The position numbers were made by a program, and so were the translations under genes. From Gemmatimonadaceae bacterium (GTDB taxonomy: Bacteria; Gemmatimonadota; Gemmatimonadetes; Gemmatimonadales; Gemmatimonadaceae), in NCBI GenBank assembly GCA_036376535.1, contig DASVAC010000169.1, forward strand, positions 14,572 to 78,571: 64,000 nucleotides of DNA, in the 5' to 3' direction. The notes below the pieces were generated by a model, which made no database searches, was not told the DNA's origin, and saw only the letters and a program-made list of their open reading frames with translations. Shown in pieces: positions 55,677 through 63,214 of this stretch (the stretch's first letter is position 1; each line of letters opens with the position of its first letter).

Positions 55677-56721
55677 CGGGGGTGATCACGAAGAGATGGT
55701 CGAGCACGGTGCCGGCCGCCTCGCGCAGCCCGAGCACGTTGACGAGGGCTTCGTTCGGGCCGCCGGCGAGGCCGTCGGCTACGAGCGCGGCGCCCTGCGC
55801 GGCTTCCTTCGCCGTGCGCGCGAAGCCCTCGAGGCGCCGAACGGGCGCGAACGGGCTCAGTCTGCGTCGCAGCTCGCGCGCGACCTCGTCGGCGTGCGTT
55901 AGGCGACCCGAGAGGAGGATCTCGAACGGGCGCGGCACGATGGTGCACAACGCGGCCACGGCCTTGACCGCGCTCTCGATCACCGCGTCGCGCGCCATCT
56001 GCTCGCGCTCGGTGCTCGGCGCCGCGACGTGGTGCACCGCATCCTGCGCGCTGCCGATCACGCTCGCGGCGCCGCCGCCGAAGAGCGTGTCCTTGGTGAT
56101 CGTGCCGGCGAGGAACGCGACTTCGCCGTCGAGTGCGCCGGCGGCACGCACGCCCATCGGTCCCGCGGTGCCGCCCATTCCGTCGACGATGCGGCCGTCC
56201 TGCACGGCGATGGCCGCCGAGAACGCTCCGCCTAACTCGAGCAGGACGAACGACACGTCGGTGTACGGGCAGCCCCGACGCCGCGCCTGGTCGTGCACGC
56301 CGAGCGCGGCGGCGCAGACTTTGTCGGCGGTGCCCATGTCGACGCGGTTGATCTTGCGCGCCGCCGGCACCGACGTGAGGTGGATGACGCCGGGCGTGAA
56401 CAACACCGGCAGCTGCGCATCGCGCATGGCGCGGGCGAGCACGCGCAGGCCGCCGATTCCGCCGTGGTCATCCGTCGCGGCGAGGTAGGCGAGCCGGAGA
56501 TCGGTCTCGCCGGCGCGCTCGACGGGCGTGAGCGGCAAACCGTAGCCGGATGGACCGGCGATGAGTGCGGCGCGCGCGCCCTGGAGGATCGCGATGAACG
56601 CCGGCACGTCGGCCAGCGCCTGCGCAGTGGGTAGCGACCGATCGAGAAAGACCGCGCCGTCATGGAGCCCGCACAGATCGATGCTCATCGTGCCGGGATC
56701 GATGCCGAGCGTGCGGGGCAT
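55645..56721 (-). CDS. DUF1464 / ASKHA-fold (actin-like ATPase) protein of H4MPT clusters
   Basis: MPRTLGIDPGTMSIDLCGL...ELGGAFSAAI. Confidence 0.55.
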   Translation of the reverse strand: MPRTLGIDPGTMSIDLCGLHDGAVFLDRSLPTAQALADVPAFIAILQGARAALIAGPSGYGLPLTPVERAGETDLRLAYLAATDDHGGIGGLRVLARAMRDAQLPVLFTPGVIHLTSVPAARKINRVDMGTADKVCAAALGVHDQARRRGCPYTDVSFVLLELGGAFSAAIAVQDGRIVDGMGGTAGPMGVRAAGALDGEVAFLAGTITKDTLFGGGAASVIGSAQDAVHHVAAPSTEREQMARDAVIESAVKAVAALCTIVPRPFEILLSGRLTHADEVARELRRRLSPFAPVRRLEGFARTAKEAAQGAALVADGLAGGPNEALVNVLGLREAAGTVLDHLFVITPDAARHRLGIA

Positions 56722-56748
56722 GTGGGGCGCGATCCGGCGTCGGTTCCG

Positions 56749-57618
56749 TTAGGCCTGGAGGCCCTGGGCGAGCTCGGCGATGGACTCGGCGTCGAGGACG
56801 GCGTCGTTGCGCTCGAACAGGCGCGCGATACACGCCTTGTGGACTTTCATCTTGAAGCCGCCCACGCCGATCGCGCCGAACGCGGTGACGCCGTCCTTGT
56901 CCTTGCCGTCGTCGTTCACGTCGATGCCCTCGATGCCTAACGGAGGGACGGCGTTGAGGTCGCATGCGACGGCGAGCCCCTGGCGCGTGGACCACGCGTC
57001 GCGCGGCACGAGCAGCACGCCCGCGGGTCCGGTGTTGAGAAGAATGTCCGGGCGGACGGCATCGAGGACGTGCGCGGCCTCGGACGCGTTGCGCATGCAC
57101 ACCATGGCGACGCCGCCGCCGAACCGCGTTTGGATGTTCGATCGCGCGCGTTCGCCTTCCTCGTCGCGGCGCGACGTGATCGTGACGCGCGCGCCCGCTT
57201 TGGCGAGGAGACCGGCTGCGCGCAGGCCCACCGGTCCGGTGCCGGCAGTCACGAGCACTTTCCGGTCACGCACATCGCGCACGGCGCGCGTGATTTTCAC
57301 GACCGCGGCGACGGCCGTCGTGTTGGACCCGTTCGAGTCCAACATCATCGACACGCGAAACGGACCAAACACCGCCTTCTGCGCCGCCTCGAGCAGCTTC
57401 TCGCCCACCGACATGTCATTGCCGCCGATGAACACCGCGGTGTTGCGGAGATCTTTCGGTCCGCGCGTGAAGATGCACCCGTAGATCAGGTCGCGGACAT
57501 CGCCTTCGGTCACTCCGCCGCGCTGCATGATGGCGTCCGCGCCGCCGTCGTGCGCGACGACTTCGTCGAACGCGCTGGGGAGTCGATTCGAATCGAGCTG
57601 AAGCAGGAGTTTTTTCAT
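56749..57618 (-). CDS. mtdB: NAD(P)-dependent methylene-H4MPT dehydrogenase (MtdA/MtdB family)
   Basis: MKKLLLQLDSNRLPSAFDEVVAHDGGAD...FGPFRVSMMLDSNGSNTTA...VTAGTGPVG. The A-versus-B assignment is from context only. Confidence 0.85.
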   Translation of the reverse strand: MKKLLLQLDSNRLPSAFDEVVAHDGGADAIMQRGGVTEGDVRDLIYGCIFTRGPKDLRNTAVFIGGNDMSVGEKLLEAAQKAVFGPFRVSMMLDSNGSNTTAVAAVVKITRAVRDVRDRKVLVTAGTGPVGLRAAGLLAKAGARVTITSRRDEEGERARSNIQTRFGGGVAMVCMRNASEAAHVLDAVRPDILLNTGPAGVLLVPRDAWSTRQGLAVACDLNAVPPLGIEGIDVNDDGKDKDGVTAFGAIGVGGFKMKVHKACIARLFERNDAVLDAESIAELAQGLQA

Positions 57619-57637
57619 CCCGGCCACCCATCGATGA

Positions 57638-57665
57638 ACACGGGGCGCCGAGAAGCGCCCCGTGT
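57638..57665 (-). other. Intercistronic stem-loop between fae and mtd
   Basis: Perfect 11-bp stem ACACGGGGCGC / GCGCCCCGTGT with a 6-nt loop. No T-tract follows on the minus strand. Confidence 0.6.
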
Positions 57666-57738
57666 GGTCGTGTCCATTCCGGCGTCGCCGTGGACCTCCG
57701 CGTACGCAGCGATGCGCGTGCGCGGCCCACCGCTGCAA

Positions 57739-58251
57739 TTATCCTTCCGCGCCGCTCGCGAACGGGTGACGGGCCGTCTTCTCGCCGGCGATGACGTCGT
57801 CGATGCGCGGCTGACCTTTGAGCGCGCGCTCGAGCGCCTGCTTGGTCGCACGGTAGTTGAAGTCGAAGATCTTCTTGTCGTCCTTCGCATCCCAGTGGAT
57901 GAACACACCGACGAGGATGCAGTAGTCATCGACCTTGTCGCGCGGGATCACGCCGGACGACACGGAGTCGACCACGGCACGGGCCACGGCGGCCTGTGCG
58001 GGACCGAACATCTGCACCGCCTGCTTCGCGCCCTTGATCGTGACCTTGTTGAACAGAATCGTATCGGGCTTCGCCGCGAGGTTGGGCGTGACGACGGCCA
58101 GGAGGCTGGTGAAGCCGTCCTTGTTGTTCGACAGCGCGCTGACGAACGCCTGTCCCGCGTGTCCCGATTTCGAGCCGATGATGAGGTCGATGTGCGCCAC
58201 CTCGTTCCCGTCGCCGATCAGGGATTCGCCGATGAAGAATTCCGCTGCCAT
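57739..58251 (-). CDS. fae: Formaldehyde-activating enzyme
   Basis: 170 aa. MAAEFFIGESLIGDGNEVAHIDLIIGSKSGHAGQAF.... GGAGG SD before the ATG at 58251. Confidence 0.93.
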   Translation of the reverse strand: MAAEFFIGESLIGDGNEVAHIDLIIGSKSGHAGQAFVSALSNNKDGFTSLLAVVTPNLAAKPDTILFNKVTIKGAKQAVQMFGPAQAAVARAVVDSVSSGVIPRDKVDDYCILVGVFIHWDAKDDKKIFDFNYRATKQALERALKGQPRIDDVIAGEKTARHPFASGAEG

Positions 58252-58488
58252 GGGACCCACCTCCGTACCAAAGTGGTTGTAGAACGCACACTCGACCGCG
58301 TGGTATCGATTGCAACGGAGCCACGCACGTCCCTTCCACCGACGCCACAAGGCGCGCCGCATGGACGCGCCTCATGATGGTCGGGGATCGTGAACATGAC
58401 TCCCCCCCAAGATTGTGTCAAGCACGAGAGCCGCGTGCGCAGAGATGCCGGGGTTTCCCCGCTCCACCACGCCGTGCAAGTTTCGCGT

Positions 58489-59808
58489 ATGCGCATTCCG
58501 ATCGAGAGCTATCGCCTGTCCAACGGCCTCGTCGTCACGCTGTCTGAGGATCATACGGCGCCACTTGTCGCCGTGAACTTGTGGTACCGCGTTGGCTCGG
58601 CCAATGAACGCATGGGGCGAACCGGATTCGCCCATCTGTTCGAACACATGTTGTTTCAGGGTTCGGAGCACGTTGCGGCCAACGAGCACTTCGAGTTGAT
58701 CCAACGCGCGGGCGGCACGCTCAACGGTTCGACGTGGCTGGATCGCACGAACTACTACGAGACGGTGCCGTCGAACGAGCTCGCGCTTGCGTTGTGGCTC
58801 GAGTCCGACCGGATGGGCGCACTCCTGCCCGCGATGACACAGCAGAAGCTCGACACGCAGCGCGATGTGGTGAAGAACGAGCGCCGCTGGAGTATGGACA
58901 ACCAGCCGTATGGGACGTGGTCCGAGCGGCTGCCGGCCCTCACGTACCCCGCGAGCCACCCGTTCCATCACTCGCTCATCGGGTCGATGGAGGATTTGTC
59001 GGCCGCGAGTCTCGAGGACATCGCGGCGTTCTTTTCTACGTATTACCGCCCGGACAACGCGGTGCTTTCGATTGCCGGTGACTTCGAGCCGCGACAGGCG
59101 CGCGCGTTCGTGGAGCAGTACTTCGGCGTGATTCCGCGCGGAACGACTCCGGTTCCGCCGCTCGCCGAGCTGCAGCTGCCGCCGCTGTTCGGCGAATGGC
59201 GCCGCGAAGTGGTGCCCGACATGGTGATGGTGCCGAGGTTGTTCCTGGCGTTCCGCGCGCCGGTGTTCGGGAGCGACGAGTACTACGACTGCAGTGTGTT
59301 GGGCGCGATCCTCGGCATGGGGAAAGCGAGCCGGCTGCAGCGCGAGCTGGTGCGCGAGCGCGAGATCGCGAGCGAAGCGACGGCGTTCACGTTCGACCTC
59401 ACGCAGGGCGCGGACCTGTTGGTGATCGACGCGACAGCGCGGCCCGAAGTGTCGAGCGACGCGCTCGAGGCGGAGGTGGCGCGCGAGGTCGATGCGGTGC
59501 GCGCGGGCGGTGTGACTGCTGCCGAAGTGGAGCGCGCGGTGGCGCTCATCGAGACGGCGTTCGTGACGTCGCTGCAGTCGGCGGGCGAGCGGGCGGACAA
59601 ACTTTCCATGTTCGCGGCGATGTTCGACGATCCGCGGCTGCTCAACGAGCAGACCGATCGCTATCGCGCCGTGACGGTCGAGCGCGTGAACGCGTTCGCC
59701 CGCGAACGGTTAGGCACGAACAACCGGGCCAGCCTGATGTACGTCCCGAAGGACGGCGACGAGGGCCAGCCCGACGAGACCGAAGCGGCCACCGGAGCGG
59801 CGCGGTGA
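58489..59808 (+). CDS. M16 (pitrilysin/insulinase) zinc peptidase, active-type subunit
   Basis: HxxEH motif in GFAHLFEHMLFQGS. Start at the ATG at 58489. Confidence 0.85.
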   Translation: MRIPIESYRLSNGLVVTLSEDHTAPLVAVNLWYRVGSANERMGRTGFAHLFEHMLFQGSEHVAANEHFELIQRAGGTLNGSTWLDRTNYYETVPSNELALALWLESDRMGALLPAMTQQKLDTQRDVVKNERRWSMDNQPYGTWSERLPALTYPASHPFHHSLIGSMEDLSAASLEDIAAFFSTYYRPDNAVLSIAGDFEPRQARAFVEQYFGVIPRGTTPVPPLAELQLPPLFGEWRREVVPDMVMVPRLFLAFRAPVFGSDEYYDCSVLGAILGMGKASRLQRELVREREIASEATAFTFDLTQGADLLVIDATARPEVSSDALEAEVAREVDAVRAGGVTAAEVERAVALIETAFVTSLQSAGERADKLSMFAAMFDDPRLLNEQTDRYRAVTVERVNAFARERLGTNNRASLMYVPKDGDEGQPDETEAATGAAR

Positions 59809-61211
59809 GCGGCGCGCCGATTGCGTTAGGCGGCGCGCGCGCGGCGCCCGCGCGTCCGGCCGCCGCGCCGCCCAAGCCGTACCGGTTTCCGCGCTTCGAG
59901 ATCGCCACGCTCGACAACGGGCTGCGGGTCATCGTCGCCCCGGTGCGGACGCTGCCGGTGGTGACGGCGTTGCTGCTCGCGGACGCGGGCGCGTCGACGG
60001 AGCCCGGGGCCCAAGACGGCGTGGCGAACCTCACCGCGCGCGGCCTGCTCGAGGGGACGATGCGCCGCGACGGCAACGCGCTCACCGAACAGTTCGAGCG
60101 GTTAGGCGCGGGCGTGTTCTCGGGCGCCGACTGGGATACGGCGAACGCCGGCGTCACCGTGCTGCGCGCGCACCTCGAGCCCGCGCTCTCGCTCCTCGGC
60201 GAGCTGGTGCTGGCGCCATCGTTTCCCGAGCGCGACATCGCGCGTCTGCGCGCCGAGCGTCTGGCGGACCTGCTGCAAATGCGCACGGAGCCGCGCGGTC
60301 TGGCCGATGAGATGTTCGCGCGTTTCGTGTACGATCCGCTCTCGCGTTACGCGCGTCCGGAGGAAGGCGGCTCGGATACGGTGTCGACGCTCACCCGCGA
60401 CGACGTCCGCCGTTTCTATATGGATCGGTACCGGCCGCGCGGATCCACGCTCGTGCTCGTGGGCGACCTGAGCGTGGACGACGGACTCGACCTCGCGCGC
60501 CGTACGTTAGGCGGGTGGCATGGAACGGCGTCGCGCGGCGCGCCGCCGGCGGAAGCGCCGGCCCGCACCACGCGCGCCGTGCACCTGGTGCGCAAGCCGG
60601 ATGCGCCGCAGTCGGAGCTGCGCATCGGCCACATCGGGTTGCCGCGCACGCACCCCGACTATTTCCCGGTGCTCGTGATGAACGCCGTGTTAGGCGGGCT
60701 GTTCTCGTCGCGCATCAACCTCAACCTGCGCGAGGAGCACGCCTACACGTACGCGGCGTTCTCCGGATTCGCGTGGCGGCGCGGCGCAGGGCCGTTCGTC
60801 GTGTCGACGGCGGTCGAGAGCGACGTCACCGCCGATGCGGCGCGCGAGGTGCTCACGGAAATCGATCGCATTCGTTCGGCGCCGGTCACGGCAGACGAGC
60901 TGTCGCTGGCCACGAGTTATCTGGGCGGCGTATTCCCGATCAAGTACGAAACGACCGACGCCATCGCGCGCGCCCTCGCCGCGCTCGCCGCATTCGACCT
61001 GTCCATCGACTACTTCGACACGTACCGGGATGCGGTCCGCGGAGTGAGCAGCGCGGACATCCAGCGCGCGGCCGAGAACTACCTGCACCCCGACGCGCTG
61101 CAGGTGGTGGTGGTGGGCGACGCATCGGAGATCAAGGCGCCGCTCGCGGCGATGGAGCTCGGCCCGCTGCTCGAGTACGGCGCCGATGGCGTCGAGCTCT
61201 CCACCGACTGA
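59805..61211 (+). CDS. M16 peptidase-like subunit lacking HxxEH (non-catalytic partner)
   Basis: M16 fold (LDNGLRVIVAP...) without the zinc motif. GTG at 59805 forms a GTGA overlap with the upstream stop. The 671-aa ORF in the track is a run-on. Confidence 0.8.
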   Translation: MSGAPIALGGARAAPARPAAAPPKPYRFPRFEIATLDNGLRVIVAPVRTLPVVTALLLADAGASTEPGAQDGVANLTARGLLEGTMRRDGNALTEQFERLGAGVFSGADWDTANAGVTVLRAHLEPALSLLGELVLAPSFPERDIARLRAERLADLLQMRTEPRGLADEMFARFVYDPLSRYARPEEGGSDTVSTLTRDDVRRFYMDRYRPRGSTLVLVGDLSVDDGLDLARRTLGGWHGTASRGAPPAEAPARTTRAVHLVRKPDAPQSELRIGHIGLPRTHPDYFPVLVMNAVLGGLFSSRINLNLREEHAYTYAAFSGFAWRRGAGPFVVSTAVESDVTADAAREVLTEIDRIRSAPVTADELSLATSYLGGVFPIKYETTDAIARALAALAAFDLSIDYFDTYRDAVRGVSSADIQRAAENYLHPDALQVVVVGDASEIKAPLAAMELGPLLEYGADGVELSTD

Positions 61212-61214
61212 CGC

Positions 61215-61766
61215 ATGGCTGACCCCGGGCGGGTATCTTCGTCGCGCCAGTACACGGGCCGCATCATCAACCTCGATCTCGACACCGTTCGCTTTCCCGA
61301 TGGCTCCACGGGCGAGCTCGAGATGGTTAGGCATCCCGGCGCGAGCCTCGTGCTCCCGTTCCTGGGCGATCCGGCGGGAGCTGATCCGCAGATCCTGCTC
61401 ATCCGCCAGTATCGCTACGCGGCAGGGGGCTTCGTGATCGAGTGTCCGGCGGGGCGGCTGGAGGCGGGCGAGTCGCCGGAAGCGTGCGCGCGGCGCGAGC
61501 TGCTCGAGGAAGCCGGCTGCACCGCCGAGCGGTTGGACCACGTGTACACGTTCTACACGACGCCGGGCTTCACCGACGAGCGAATCCACGCGTTCATGGC
61601 GTCCGGTCTCTCGCGCGGTACAGCGCGTCCGGAGGCGGATGAGTTCGTCGAGAATCTCGTGATGCCGCTGTCGCGCGCACTCGAGATGGTGCGTGACAGC
61701 GAGATCGTCGACGCCAAAACGGCCCTCACGCTGCTCTACGTGGCAGGTTTCCGGCTCGGCGCCTAA
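61215..61766 (+). CDS. NUDIX hydrolase (ADP-ribose pyrophosphatase-like)
   Basis: Nudix box GRLEAGESPEACARRELLEEAGC. Confidence 0.85.
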   Translation: MADPGRVSSSRQYTGRIINLDLDTVRFPDGSTGELEMVRHPGASLVLPFLGDPAGADPQILLIRQYRYAAGGFVIECPAGRLEAGESPEACARRELLEEAGCTAERLDHVYTFYTTPGFTDERIHAFMASGLSRGTARPEADEFVENLVMPLSRALEMVRDSEIVDAKTALTLLYVAGFRLGA

Positions 61767-61780
61767 CGATCAGTTAGGCG
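61760..61780. terminator. Short inverted pair of the abundant word between convergent genes
   Basis: CGCCTAAC-GATCA-GTTAGGCG, an 8-bp stem with a 5-nt loop. The left arm contains the TAA stop of the NUDIX gene. Confidence 0.45.
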
Positions 61781-61784
61781 AGCG

Positions 61785-63212
61785 TCACTTCGTCCAAATG
61801 AGGATGGCGCCGCACGCGCCCACCAGATATTCCGGCGGTGTCGACGCCGCGTCGTACACTTCGATGCCGGCCACCTGGTCGGGTTGGACCATCTCGTTCA
61901 CGCTGAAGGTCGTGTCCACGCGCACGCCGTCGATCCAGACGTCCGGTGCACAGGGCCCTCGGATGCTCGCGCCCTGGGTCGAGAGCAGCTGATAGTCCAA
62001 ACCGGATTGGGATTGCACGCGGATGCCGGGCACGAGGTAAAAAAAGTCCGTTAGGAGCATCGGACGCGCTTTCGCAATGTCGAGGTCGGTGTAATAGCGG
62101 CCGATCCCGTGTTTGCGGCGGTCCTCGAACTCCTTGAGCTTCGCCGTCGTCGCCCGGTCGGCGTAGACGCGCACGGCGGCCAGAACCTTCACGGGCTTGC
62201 TCATCACGACACGCACGGTATCCGTACGCCCCGGCGCAAGATTCACCACCTTCTGCTTCGGTTCGAAACCGAGGTAGCGTGCTTCGATCGTACCCGTGCC
62301 CGATGGGAGCGAGTCCAGAACAAACTGGCCACTCGCGCCCGTGATGGTCGTGCCCGCGCCCCAGAGCGTGACATGGGCGCCCTGCAGGAAACGCCCCGTG
62401 GAGTCGCGAACAGTTCCGACGAGCCGCGCGGTGCCGTGGCGCATGGCGTCGCCTAACGGAGAGACAGCGGTGTGGACGTCGGAGGCGGTTGCGGTGTCGG
62501 TGCCCATGTCGAAGTCTCGCTCGAGCACGCCGTGCAGCGGGACCTCGACCTCGATGAATCCGGTGGCGCGGGCGCCGAGCTCGGCGCGGGTTTCGAGGGG
62601 CGTGCCGAACGGTAAGCCACACAGCGCGAACCATCCTGTCGGCGACGTCTTGGCCGGCACCTGGCGGCGATCGTTGTGCATGCCAGCGTTATCGATAGTG
62701 AGCTCGCGCCAGATCACGACCACCGTCGACAAGCCCACCGGCATCCCTGTCGACGCGTCGCGCACGAGACCGACCATGACTCCGCTCGAGTCCGATGCCT
62801 TGGACGGTCCGCAGATCTTGTCGTGGATCGCGCGTTGACCGGGAATCGCCAACCGCAGGTGGTCGATGGGTGTTGCTCCGATCTCGAGCTGTTCCTCGAT
62901 CATGCTCAGTCCGAGTTCGGACAGCGTCGGATCCACGAAGCCGATGAGGTACTTCCCGGGCGGTACGTGTGCGATCGAATACCGTCCAAGAGAATCGCTC
63001 CTCGCGCTGAACGACAACGCGGGATTCGGCACCGAGACCAGCTGCACAATGGCACCGCCCACCGCCACCGTTCGGACGCTGTCGTAGACGTCGCCGGAGA
63101 CAACGGTGCCGGCGATTGTGTCGGACGCGGTGGGCCGCTGTGCGGATGCGAATCGGGGTACGACGAGGGAGATCGCGGCAGATATCGCGACGACGCGCAG
63201 ACCGAAAGGCAT
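61785..63212 (-). CDS. CarboxypepD_reg-domain protein with TonB-receptor plug-like C-terminus (no barrel)
   Basis: Signal peptide MPFGLRVVAISAAISLVVPRFASAQ, two GxVxDxxtGxP-type regulatory-like modules, and C-terminal GIEVYDAASTPPEYLVGACGAILIWTK. Confidence 0.6.
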   Translation of the reverse strand: MPFGLRVVAISAAISLVVPRFASAQRPTASDTIAGTVVSGDVYDSVRTVAVGGAIVQLVSVPNPALSFSARSDSLGRYSIAHVPPGKYLIGFVDPTLSELGLSMIEEQLEIGATPIDHLRLAIPGQRAIHDKICGPSKASDSSGVMVGLVRDASTGMPVGLSTVVVIWRELTIDNAGMHNDRRQVPAKTSPTGWFALCGLPFGTPLETRAELGARATGFIEVEVPLHGVLERDFDMGTDTATASDVHTAVSPLGDAMRHGTARLVGTVRDSTGRFLQGAHVTLWGAGTTITGASGQFVLDSLPSGTGTIEARYLGFEPKQKVVNLAPGRTDTVRVVMSKPVKVLAAVRVYADRATTAKLKEFEDRRKHGIGRYYTDLDIAKARPMLLTDFFYLVPGIRVQSQSGLDYQLLSTQGASIRGPCAPDVWIDGVRVDTTFSVNEMVQPDQVAGIEVYDAASTPPEYLVGACGAILIWTK

Positions 63213-63214
63213 CG

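Noticed and set aside
58252-58488. TTGACA at the right distance upstream of fae as a sigma70 promoter
   Set aside because: The hexamer 17 nt downstream is TCATGT, which lacks the invariant A at position 2. It is too weak to call without TSS data.
59196-61211. 671-aa ORF suggesting a much longer second M16 protein
   Set aside because: The first ~200 aa overlap the preceding M16 gene in another frame and are Arg/Gly-rich. The GTG at 59805, coupled by GTGA to the upstream stop, gives a normal-length M16 subunit.
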